Origin: an uncultured Chloroflexia bacterium
GTDB taxonomy: Bacteria; Chloroflexota; Limnocylindria; Limnocylindrales; CSP1-4
Direction of reading: 5' to 3'
Assembly: GCA_963774695.1 (NCBI GenBank)
Contig: CAVZFY010000007.1
Location: 369,069-433,068 of the forward strand
DNA length: 64,000 nt
Made by a program: the position numbers and the translations under genes. This document shows, one piece after another, positions 19,059 through 27,248 of this stretch. The first letter of the stretch is position 1, and each line of letters opens with the position of its first letter. The notes under the pieces are model-generated. The model saw only the letters and a program-made list of their open reading frames with translations, did not search any database and was not told the DNA's origin.

Positions 19059-20390
19059 GTGCGTCCTGAGACCAGATATGCGAGATCGGGCGACGTGCAT
19101 ATCGCGTATCAGACCGTCGGGGATGGCCCGATCGACGTCCTCTTCGTCGACCAGTGGTGGAGCAACGTCGACTCGCAGTGGGACGTCCCGCCATTGGCGC
19201 GGATGCTCGAGCGGGTCGCGTCGTACAGCCGGCTGATCCTCCTCGACAAACGCGGCACCGGCCTGTCTGATCCCGTTCCGCTGGGCGGCATGCCGACGCT
19301 CGAGGAGTGGATGGACGACATCCGGGCCGTCCTCGACGCGGTCGGGTCGCGTCGGGTCGCACTCCTCTCCGGGATCGGTGCCTCCTACCTCACGATCCTG
19401 TTCGCCGCCACGTACCCGGAGCGAGCGTCTGCACTGGTGCTCGTCGACGGCTATGCCCGGCTACGCGGAGCCGACGATTACCTGCCATGGCTTCCGCGCA
19501 CGTTCCCGCCCGAGGAGGGCGAGAGCATCCGCGCGGGCTGGGGACGCGGCATCCTTCTCAGTCGTCTGGCACCCGACGAGGCGAAGGATCCGGCGATCGT
19601 GCAGGCGTTCGCGGCATACGAACGACAGTCGGCCAGCCCCGGCACCGGACAGGCGATGCTGCAGATGCTCTACGAAGGCGACGTCCGCGAGGTCCTGCCC
19701 GCCATCCGCGTACCAACGCTCGTGATCGCCCACTCCGAGTCAGCGCGCATCCCCATCGAGCACTCCCGCTACGTGGCCGACCACATCCCTGGCGCCCGCT
19801 ACGTCGAGCTGCCGGGGAACGAGAACCTGCCGTGGGCGGGCGACCAACAGCGGCTGCTTGCGGAAATCCAGGAATTCGTGACCGGCGTTCGACCACGGGA
19901 GGACGCGGATCGCGTCCTCGCGACCGTGCTCTTCACGGACATCGTCGAATCGACGCGCCGTGCGTCCGAGCTCGGTGACCAGCGTTGGCGGTCGCTCCTT
20001 GCGGCGCATGACCTCGCCGCGCGGGCCGAGCTGGATCGGTACCGGGGCCGCGAGATCACCACGACCGGCGACGGCTTCCTGGCCGTCTTCGACGGACCGG
20101 CCCGAGCGATCCGATGCGCCGCGGGAATACGCGAGGCCGTCCGCGCCATCGGCCTGGAGGTGCGCTCAGGCCTGCACACGGGCGAGGTCGAGCTGACCGA
20201 CGCAGATGTCAGGGGAATCGCCGTCCACATCGGTGCACGGATCGCGGCCCTCGCAGGACCGGGCGACATCCTGGTGTCCTCCACGGTCAAGGACCTGGTC
20301 ATCGGGTCGGGGATCGCCTTCGAAGACCGTGGGGCGCACGAGCTGAAGGGCGTGCCGGGAGAGTGGCGCCTGTTCCGGGCGCAGATCTAG
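19059..20390 (+). CDS. LipJ-like bifunctional protein: N-terminal alpha/beta-hydrolase domain + C-terminal class III adenylate/guanylate cyclase catalytic domain
   Basis: VHIAYQTVGDGPIDVLFVDQWWSNVD...LLDKRGTGLSD (hydrolase part). Then ATVLFTDIVESTRRASELGDQRWRSLLAAHDLAARAELDRYRGREITTTGDGFLAVFDGPARAIRCAAGIREAV...GLHTGEVE...GIAVHIGARIAALAGPGDILVS (cyclase homology domain). 443 aa, intact. Same architecture as M. tuberculosis Rv1900c. Confidence 0.85.
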   Translation: MRPETRYARSGDVHIAYQTVGDGPIDVLFVDQWWSNVDSQWDVPPLARMLERVASYSRLILLDKRGTGLSDPVPLGGMPTLEEWMDDIRAVLDAVGSRRVALLSGIGASYLTILFAATYPERASALVLVDGYARLRGADDYLPWLPRTFPPEEGESIRAGWGRGILLSRLAPDEAKDPAIVQAFAAYERQSASPGTGQAMLQMLYEGDVREVLPAIRVPTLVIAHSESARIPIEHSRYVADHIPGARYVELPGNENLPWAGDQQRLLAEIQEFVTGVRPREDADRVLATVLFTDIVESTRRASELGDQRWRSLLAAHDLAARAELDRYRGREITTTGDGFLAVFDGPARAIRCAAGIREAVRAIGLEVRSGLHTGEVELTDADVRGIAVHIGARIAALAGPGDILVSSTVKDLVIGSGIAFEDRGAHELKGVPGEWRLFRAQI

Positions 20391-20617
20391 ACCGTCGCTG
20401 AGTCCGTCGAGTGGACTCCGCCTGCTCGCCAGTTCCTCGAGCCGAAGGCGTTGCTATGGCGCCACCGGACGGATCCGGCGGCTTACGAAGCAAGGCGTAC
20501 GACCCACTCGGGTGGTCCTCGAGCGCCTGATGGCCGAGGCGCCCGGTCGGCAGTCTCGAACCGGTACCTGTCGTATCGCCACGACCAACGATCTCGCGGT
20601 CGACCCGATGTCGGCGG

Positions 20618-22055
20618 TCAGGGCTCGGTCACGTCGGCCGGGTCGCGCGGCGTGCCGGCACGCTTGGTGCGATGGTGCGGAACACCGACGCACGTGAACA
20701 GCAGCGCTGCCAACGGCTCCCCGAGGAGCGCGGGGATCTCGGAGTCGAGGAACGTCATCCCGGTTGCGCCGATGCCGAGCGCGTACGCGGCCAGGTGCAG
20801 GCGGCCCTCCACGATGCCGGCATCGAGCTGGGCCTCGCGGTACCCGCGGTCGTCGAGCCGGTCCAGGTCGACGGCGCTGATGACGACGAACGAGGCGTCG
20901 CGCCCGAGGTCCTGCCCGTAGCACGCGACCCACAGCTCCTCCCGCAGCGGACCGCTTCGCAGCGGACGCCCGAGGTGTCGGCCAGCGGTAGAGTCCGGGT
21001 TCGAGCCCATCGACGGCATGGACGGCGATGAAGTGCGGCACCCGGGTGCCGCGAAGCGACACGGCGAGCGATCGCTCGAACGTCCGGACCGTCGACAGCG
21101 GCCGTCGCGTCGAGCGTCCGCGCCGAGCCACGCCGCAGGATGACCGCGTCGAGGTCGTCGACCACCGGAAGGTCGCCTTCGAGCGGCGGCGCGGTCGGCC
21201 ACGGCTCGCCGAGTCGCTCGTCGTCGCCGGCGTGCTGGGCGAGCGTCACGAGCGGGAACTCGACGGGCGCCACGTCGATCGCGCCGGTTGCTGCCTCGCC
21301 GCTGGGGCCGATCGCCGGCGTGCCGCGACCCAGGCTGACGATGGCGAGCGGGAATTCCTGCGTCCCGTCGGCACCGACCAGCCGTGCGACGGCCGCGTCG
21401 GGAAAGCGGGTCAGCAGTCGGGGCCGATAACCGCCCGATTCGGCGAGCGCGAGCGTGTTCGCGAGCATCGTGCCGGCGTCCCAGTAGATGTGCCGGAACC
21501 CACGCTCGGCGTACCGCCATCCCGTCCGCCACGGGATCCCGGTAACGACGATGGTCGTCGCCTCCCCGATCGCCGGAGGCGCGACGAGCCGGAGCGCATG
21601 ACCGACCGGGTCGTACCAGTAGACGCCATCGCGCAGCCCGGAGACGCCGCGCGCGGACACGTAGAGCTCGAGGGGAAAGAGTCCGCCGGCCGACCCCGCA
21701 GGGCGGAACAGGAACCGCCGGCCGTCCCGACGCACGGCGACGCGCACGACCCCGGCCGACAGGTGGAGGAGACGGGCGAGTCCGTCCAGGTCGAGGGGCG
21801 TCGTGACTGTCCGGTGGCGTCCGGCCAGGAGGTCGATCGTCGGGGCGCGGCACGGGCGCCCACGCCGCTGGCAGCTCTACCGAGCGGGAGGCCGTCGGGA
21901 TAGCGCTTGTGATGGGCGGGAAACGTCGGGCGGTCGTTGGGGGCGAAGTCCTGCAGGACCAGCGGATGGTCGATCGGCGTCGGCCACTCGCTCCGCGGGT
22001 CGCCCGAATACGAGCTGAGGCGGTGGTAGAGCCGCGCGGTGTCGCCGGGAGCCAT
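20618..22055 (-). CDS. Stand-alone SagB-type dehydrogenase (nitroreductase superfamily); at least 2 frameshifts
   Basis: N-terminus MAPGDTARLYHRLSSYSGDPRSEWPTPIDHPLVLQDFAPNDRPTFPAHHKRYPDGLPL. Middle RRFLFRPAGSAGGLFPLELYVSARGVSGLRDGVYWYDPVGHALRLV...YWDAGTMLANTLALAESGG (SagB-type signature). C-terminus ...SFVVISAVDLDRLDDRGYREAQLDAGIVEGRLHLAAYALGIGATGMTFLDSEIPALLGEP (nitroreductase fold). The three parts lie in three different frames. Confidence 0.7.
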
Positions 22056-22137
22056 GCTGCGGAGTCTCTCATCGCCGCAAGCGAGCGACTCGCCCTTACG
22101 ACGTCCGCGGCTCACCTACAGGCAGTCTGACTCGCCA

Positions 22138-22554
22138 TCACTCGCTGGTTGGGCAGGAGCTGACACACGGATTCAGCCGAGAAACACGGTTGCGTCGATC
22201 GAGAATTCGCAATCCGCGTGGCAGGCTCACGATCGGGGTCGCGCGGGCAGGCGGAGCCGACGGGAAGAACTCAGCGAACGGCTGATTCATCGCGGGAAAG
22301 TCATCCGCGTTCGCGAGGAATACGGTCGTCCTGACCACGCGCTCCATACTCGCACCGGCAGCCCCTACGACCGTTCGCAGGTTTACGAACGCCTGACGGG
22401 CCTCCGCATCGAAGCCGCCCGCTGGCACAGAGCCCGTCGATGGGTCTATCCCAGGCTGTCCGGATACGAAGATGAAGTCGCCGGCGCGAACGGCGTGTGA
22501 GTAGGGCCCGATCGCCGTGGGCATCTCAGGGGATTCGATTGGTCCGAAACCCAC
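22138..22554 (-). CDS. ridA: RidA/YjgF-family reactive-intermediate deaminase; C-terminal ~30 aa probably frameshifted
   Basis: PTAIGPYSHAVRAGDFIFVSGQPGIDPSTGSV...FDAEARQAFVNLRTVVGAAGASMERVVRTTVFLANADDFPAMNQPFAEFFPSAPPARATPIVSLPRG. Confidence 0.7.
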   Translation of the reverse strand: MGFGPIESPEMPTAIGPYSHAVRAGDFIFVSGQPGIDPSTGSVPAGGFDAEARQAFVNLRTVVGAAGASMERVVRTTVFLANADDFPAMNQPFAEFFPSAPPARATPIVSLPRGLRILDRRNRVSRLNPCVSSCPTSE

Positions 22555-22880
22555 GGTGCTTCCTCCCTCATTTCCCCCGTGGCTAAGCCTAGCGCCGCTG
22601 GTCCTGCGAGGGCCCCTTCAGGTTGTCCGTTCGGCTCCCCGGGGGCCGTGCCCTAGATTGGCGCGCTGAACTCGCGCGTGGTCGAGGTCTTCCGCGGCAA
22701 GGCGCTGCATGGTTATGGCGCGCCCGGACGGACTCGGGCCCCCAGCAGCAACGCAGCGTCCTTTACGGGATCTGGCAGGCAGGATTCCCCGGGAACGTGC
22801 GATGGCTATCTCCATCCGGATGAGCCGGACGCCTGACCGCGCGAGATCGAACCTGGGGACCCGTGCGCGGCGCCGCCGAC

Positions 22881-23475
22881 TCAGGCGCCGAGCGCCGCGC
22901 AGAACGCCTCGTTGGCGCCGGGGGTGAAGAAGTCGTGGTTGAGCCCGTAGAAGGTCCCATCGGGCAAGACGCGACCCGACGCGTGAAGGTCGGCGCCGAA
23001 ACCCGGCGCGCTCGAGCCGCCGGTCTGATTGAACAATCCACGGCCCGTTTCGAGGCCCGAATCCAGGTCTCCCGGCACCGAGTACTCGACGACGAAGTCA
23101 AAGTGCGCGACAACATCGATCGCTGGCTCACCAGTTGGTGAGAGGCTGAAATCCGCTCACGCTCTCGCGACCGCTTAGCCGCACGAGGTTGTTGTTCGAG
23201 TCGTAGAACCGAACCGCGTCGAGGCTGCCGGCCGTGAACTCGTAGAAGTGCTGATCGCCACAGATCGGTCCGTTGTCGCCTCCGACGATGCTGTCGTCGA
23301 ATGAGCCCCGACAAATCGTGTTGGCGCCATCCGCCTGACACGAGTAGGCATCCGGGGGAACCGGGTTGAGGCTGGCCAGGTCGACCGGTGTGCCGGCCAT
23401 CGCCGCAGGAGCGAGGGCCAGGGTCAGGGTCATCGCCGCGAAGCAGCCGATCGAACGTCGAATTCGAGCAATCAT
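22881..23475 (-). CDS. Secreted Cys-containing hypothetical protein (~190 aa); frameshift near 23130
   Basis: Signal peptide MIARIRRSIGCFAAMTLTLALAPAAMA, then GTPVDLASLNPVPPDAYSCQADGANTICRGSFDDSIVGGDNGPICGDQHFYEFTAGSLDAVRFYDSNNNLVRLSGRESVSGF, continuing in another frame as ...PAIDVVAHFDFVVEYSVPGDLDSGLETGRGLFNQTGGSSAPGFGADLHASGRVLPDGTFYGLNHDFFTPGANEAFCAALGA*. Confidence 0.45.
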
Positions 23476-23592
23476 CTCGCTCCCACCAACTTCCGGACGG
23501 GTGTCTCGCCGCCGGGTTCACGGGTTAGATGTCGCTCGACCCGCTTTGCCGTCGGTCGAAAACGCACGCAAGCGACGGCAATCTGGCCGGCC

Positions 23593-24201
23593 GTGCGTCT
23601 AACCTGCGTCCAGACCTTCCTAAAGGGTTCGGGAAGACCGGTGCAACCTCGAGAGGATCCGGATCGGCGAACGGAGCTCGCAGCGGTCTTCGCGGACGAG
23701 CGCCGGTTCCGCCCCTGGTATGACGTCGCGGCCCGGCGCGTGTATGCGTACCTCTTCGGGCGCTGCGGCGGGGACGCGAGTCTCGCCGAGGAGCTGACCC
23801 AGCTGACCTTCATGGACGCGCTTCGGCATCGCAATTCGTATGACGGGCGCGCCAATTCGATCACGTGGCTGATCGCGATCGCACGAAACAGACTGCTCGA
23901 CCACTTCCGTCGGCAGGAACGAGAAGAACGCCGACGGCTGCGCCTCGTGATCCGCGAGATCGCGCCTGAAGCCGCACACGATGCTGCCTGGCGGACGCGA
24001 GACGAACACGACGACATTCTGCAGGCGATGCGCGGCCTGCCGGCGACCCAGCGAGCGGCCCTGATCATGCATCACGTGGACGGCTTGTCCATCAGAGAGG
24101 TCGCCGCGGCGATGGACCGCAGCGAGACCGCGATCGAATCGCTCCTTAGCCGCGGGCGCGAGCGGTTCAGGGCGTTGTACCTGGAGCAGGGCCGTGGATG
24201 A
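23593..24201 (+). CDS. ECF-type RNA polymerase sigma-70 family factor
   Basis: AARRVYAYLFGRCGGDASLAEELTQLTFMDALRHRNSYDGRANSITWLIAIARNRLLDHFRRQ (region 2). ...LPATQRAALIMHHVDGLSIREVAAAMDRSETAIESLLSRGRERF (region 4 HTH). The stop overlaps the start of the next ORF (ATGA). Confidence 0.85.
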   Translation: MRLTCVQTFLKGSGRPVQPREDPDRRTELAAVFADERRFRPWYDVAARRVYAYLFGRCGGDASLAEELTQLTFMDALRHRNSYDGRANSITWLIAIARNRLLDHFRRQEREERRRLRLVIREIAPEAAHDAAWRTRDEHDDILQAMRGLPATQRAALIMHHVDGLSIREVAAAMDRSETAIESLLSRGRERFRALYLEQGRG

Positions 24202-24560
24202 CGACCGGCTCCTGCTGAGCCTGCGCCGCATCGCCGAGCCCGCCGAGCCCGCCTCGGCATTCCTCGACGACCTGTATGAGACGCTGGCGGCGGAGCTCGG
24301 ATTCCGGAGCGACGCTTCGACCGACTCGATTCACGTGACACGCGTCCCTGCAACAGGATGGGCCCGACGCGCGCCGCGGCTCGCCTGGTTGGTGGCGGCC
24401 GCACTGCTGGCGCTCGCGATCCTCGCCGGCGTGGCCCTCGTCGGCGCGCTACTCGAGCGACGCCAACCACCGTCTCCGCCGCCCTTCAGCGACGTCACGA
24501 ACTATCGATCCGACGCGCAACGAACGGGCATCCAGCCAGGACCCCGGCCGAGTGGTAGAC
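24194..24560 (+). CDS. Anti-sigma factor-like single-pass membrane protein; probably the N-terminal part of a longer gene continuing at 24552
   Basis: MDDDRLLLSLRRIAEPAEPASAFLDDLYETLAAELG...RAPRLAWLVAAALLALAILAGVALVGALLERRQPP. This is a cytoplasmic N-terminus plus one TM helix, translationally coupled to the ECF sigma gene. After the TM, the frame degenerates into low complexity while a propeller domain opens in another frame. Confidence 0.55.
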
Positions 24561-26455
24561 CCGGTCGTGATCTGGTCCGCCAAGGCGGACGGACCAATCC
24601 AGTTCAACCCTGTCCTTGCTTCGGGGGTTCTGTTCGTCGGGAGTGATGACGGACGACTCTATGCACTCGACGGGCGGAGCGGGTCCGTACAGTGGTCGTT
24701 CGACGCAGGAGTGGCCATCAAGGGCTCCGCGGTCGCTCAGGGCGGCGTCGTTGCCGTGGCCGACGTAAACGGCGTCCTCCACGCCATCGACCAGGTCACC
24801 GGCATAGAGCGCTGGCGAGCCGACGGCATCAGTGACGTCGGAAACGTCTCGGCGGGAGTCCTCTACGCGCCGGGCCGCGACAACGCCGTTCACGGCTTCG
24901 ACCTTCAGAGCGGTGCGCCCCGTTGGACGTGGCAGGCGCCTGAACCGGTCCTGTACGTCACGGTCGTCACGGACACGGCTTACGTGACCGCGGGAGGGAC
25001 GCTTCACGCGGTGGTCATCGCCGACGGTTCGGAGCGGTGGTCCTTCGACACGCAGGGGGTTGAGGCGAGTCTGGCGTCGGTCGCAGGCGATCAGGTGTTT
25101 GTCAGCACGAGAGCCGGCGCGGGCGCACTGACAGCCCTCGATCTCGCCAGCGGATCGCCGTTGTGGACGTTCCCAGGTCCGAGCGGCGCAATCATCTCGG
25201 TTGGCTCGATCCAGGACGGCACCATCTACGCCCCCACGAGCGGCCAAGGCTTCTTCGCCTTGACGGCGCGAACTGGCGACGTCGTATGGCACGCTCCCAA
25301 CATCGGATCAATTCTTCGATCGACCCCGATTGTTGACGGCGTCGTCTTCGCGCCCGTCGACGATCCTGGAGGGATCCTGGCGATACGCGCGTCCGACGGT
25401 TCCGTCGCCTGGCAGCACCAGCTCGGGGGCATGATGCAGGGCTGGCCGGTCGTCAGCGGCGGGCTCGTCTTCACGACTGATGGTTCAGGCGAGATCCAGG
25501 CGTTCGGGGACGCGCCACCGGCCGGAACGATTAGCTCGGTGGCACCCAGGCCGGTCGCCTCGCCACCAAACGTTCCCGCGAGCGAGCCTTCAGTGCCGCC
25601 CAACCCGTCCACGGTCAGCTCGACCCTCCTGCCCGCCACTACTGGGGTGGTCGGGGCCGCGGACATCGACGTCGGGCCGGACGGCAATCTGTATGTCGTC
25701 GACTATCGACCGAAGGTGAGCGTCATCTCACCCGACGGCCGCCTGCTCCACGCCTGGGGCCACGCCGGCACCGGCGACGGCGAGTTCGATTTCTCGGCGC
25801 CAAGCCTGGGCGGGGCCGCCCAGATTGCCGTCGGACGAGACGGCCTCGTCTACGTGTCGGACGGCGGCAATGGTCGCGTCCAGGTCTTCACGCCCACCGG
25901 CGACTACCTCCGGCAGTTCGGCAACCGTGGCGCCGAGAGCGACCGTCTTGAGATCGCATGGGATCTCGGCATCGACGATCAGGGCAGTGCTTATGTCGTC
26001 GACGGTGGGCGGGCGACTCTCTCCAAATTCGGGGCGGACGGCACGTTCAGGTGGTGGGTTGGTGGCGTGGGATCGTCCGACCCGGAACTCAAATCGGGTG
26101 GGCACGGCGTGAAGTTCGATCGGGTCGGGCACGTGTGGATCGCCAACGACGATGGCGGTCGCCTGATCGCGTTCGACTCGGACGGCAACCAGGTCGACGC
26201 CTTGGAGAGACCGGATCCCGGCCGGGGCAACTCGCCGGACCCTGCGGCCTGAATTTCGACAGGACCGGGAACCTGTTCGTTTTCAACTGTGTCGATGGCC
26301 GAATCCAGGTGTTCGATCCAGACCATCGTTTGATCGGGATGTGGGATGGCCCGGCCGACCCTCTTCGGGGGGCATTCGCCTTCGCGGCCGATGGCACGAT
26401 GTACCAGCTCGGACCCGACGATTCGATCCTGGGGATCCAGATCAAGCTCCCATGA
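24552..26455 (+). CDS. Extracytoplasmic PQQ-like beta-propeller (BamB-like WD/PQQ repeats) followed by NHL repeats; no signal peptide of its own; frameshift near 25960-26250
   Basis: PQQ-type repeats: DGRLYALDGRSGSVQWSFDAG..., GVLHAIDQVTGIERWRA..., ALTALDLASGSPLWTF..., GILAIRASDGSVAWQHQ.... Then a Pro/Ser linker and NHL repeats: GHAGTGDGEFDFSAPSLGGAAQIAVGRDGLVYVSDGGNGRVQVFTPTGDYLRQFG...GSAYVVDGG. The last NHL blade, LAGPCGLNFDRTGNLFVFNCVDGRIQVFDPDHRLIGMWDG...GTMYQL, lies in the 25958-26455 frame. Confidence 0.7.
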
Positions 26456-26715
26456 GCCGATGATGGCCACGAGCGAGTCGTCCAATGCAAACGGCGGTCC
26501 GCAAACCTTGTCGGCGTTGAGGTCGTCCGCGCTTTCGCCGGGACGCTGCTGACCGAAACCGTCGGCGACAGGTGGAGCGGGCACCACGACGCAGGTCGCG
26601 GAGCCGGTGCAGCGAGTACGTCGGCGGGTCAATGGCGCAGGGCCGGACCGCCGATCCCGAGTCTGTCGAGTGGACGTCGCCCGCTCGACCGTTCTTCGAG
26701 CCTGCTGCGTGCGTA

Positions 26716-26791
26716 TGGCGCCCCCGGACGGATTCGAACCGCCGACGCCAGCCTTAGGACGGCTGCGCTCTATCCACTGAGCTACGGGGGC
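26716..26791 (-). tRNA. tRNA-Arg (anticodon CCT)
   Basis: Reverse complement is GCCCCCGTAGCTCAGTGGATAGAGCGCAGCCGTCCTAAGGCTGGCGTCGGCGGTTCGAATCCGTCCGGGGGCGCCA. 7-bp acceptor stem GCCCCCG/CGGGGGC, D-arm GCTC/GAGC, anticodon arm CAGCC-GUCCUAA-GGCUG (U33, CCU at 34-36), T-loop TTCGAAT, discriminator G, encoded CCA. Confidence 0.85.
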
Positions 26792-26803
26792 GCGGGCCCA
26801 ATC

Positions 26804-27202
26804 CTAGCGGGTCGCCGGGGCGTCCTCCCGATTGCGCATGGCGTCCGCTGCCATCGTCATGTAGGCGTGGAGCTCGGCGCGGGCGTCGTCGGGCCCGCCG
26901 GATTCGTCGATCGCCGCGCGCATGTGGACGAGCCATCGATCCCGCTCCAAGCTCCCGATCGCGAACGGCGCGTGGCGCATCCGCAGGCGCGGGTGGCCGC
27001 GCTCATCGCTGTACGTCGTCGGGCCGCCCCAGTACTGGACCAGGAACAGCGTCAGGCGATGACGCGCGCCTGCGAAGTCAGCGTGGTCGGGGTAGACGGC
27101 GAGCAGCACGGGATCCGTCTCCGCGCCCGCGTAGAACCGGTCGACGAGCCGCTCGAAGAAGGGCGTGCCGCCGACGCGGTCGAACAGGCCGGCTTCAGTC
27201 AC
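26804..27202 (-). CDS. glbO: Group II truncated hemoglobin (trHbO)
   Basis: GTG start. MTEAGLFDRVGGTPFFERLVDRFYAGAETDPVLLAVYPDHADFAGARHRLTLFLVQYWGGPTTYSDERGHPRLRMRHAPFAIGSLERDRWLVHMRAAIDE. 132 aa, intact. Confidence 0.85.
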   Translation of the reverse strand: MTEAGLFDRVGGTPFFERLVDRFYAGAETDPVLLAVYPDHADFAGARHRLTLFLVQYWGGPTTYSDERGHPRLRMRHAPFAIGSLERDRWLVHMRAAIDESGGPDDARAELHAYMTMAADAMRNREDAPATR

Positions 27203-27248
27203 GGGTGGATTCTAGGCTGGGGAGCCGCGACACGGGTCCCGCGCCGGG

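Noticed and set aside
20618-22055. SagB-type dehydrogenase as evidence of a thiazole/oxazole (TOMM) RiPP cluster
   Set aside because: No YcaO cyclodehydratase, E1-like/Ocin-ThiF partner, precursor peptide or ABC exporter could be found within the flanking 15 kb. Treated as a stand-alone SagB-type enzyme.
22555-22880. Possible structured ncRNA between ridA and the secreted-protein gene (short inverted repeats such as ggctcccc/ggggg)
   Set aside because: Stems are short and imperfect, and no second copy or conserved-motif resemblance was found. Insufficient evidence.
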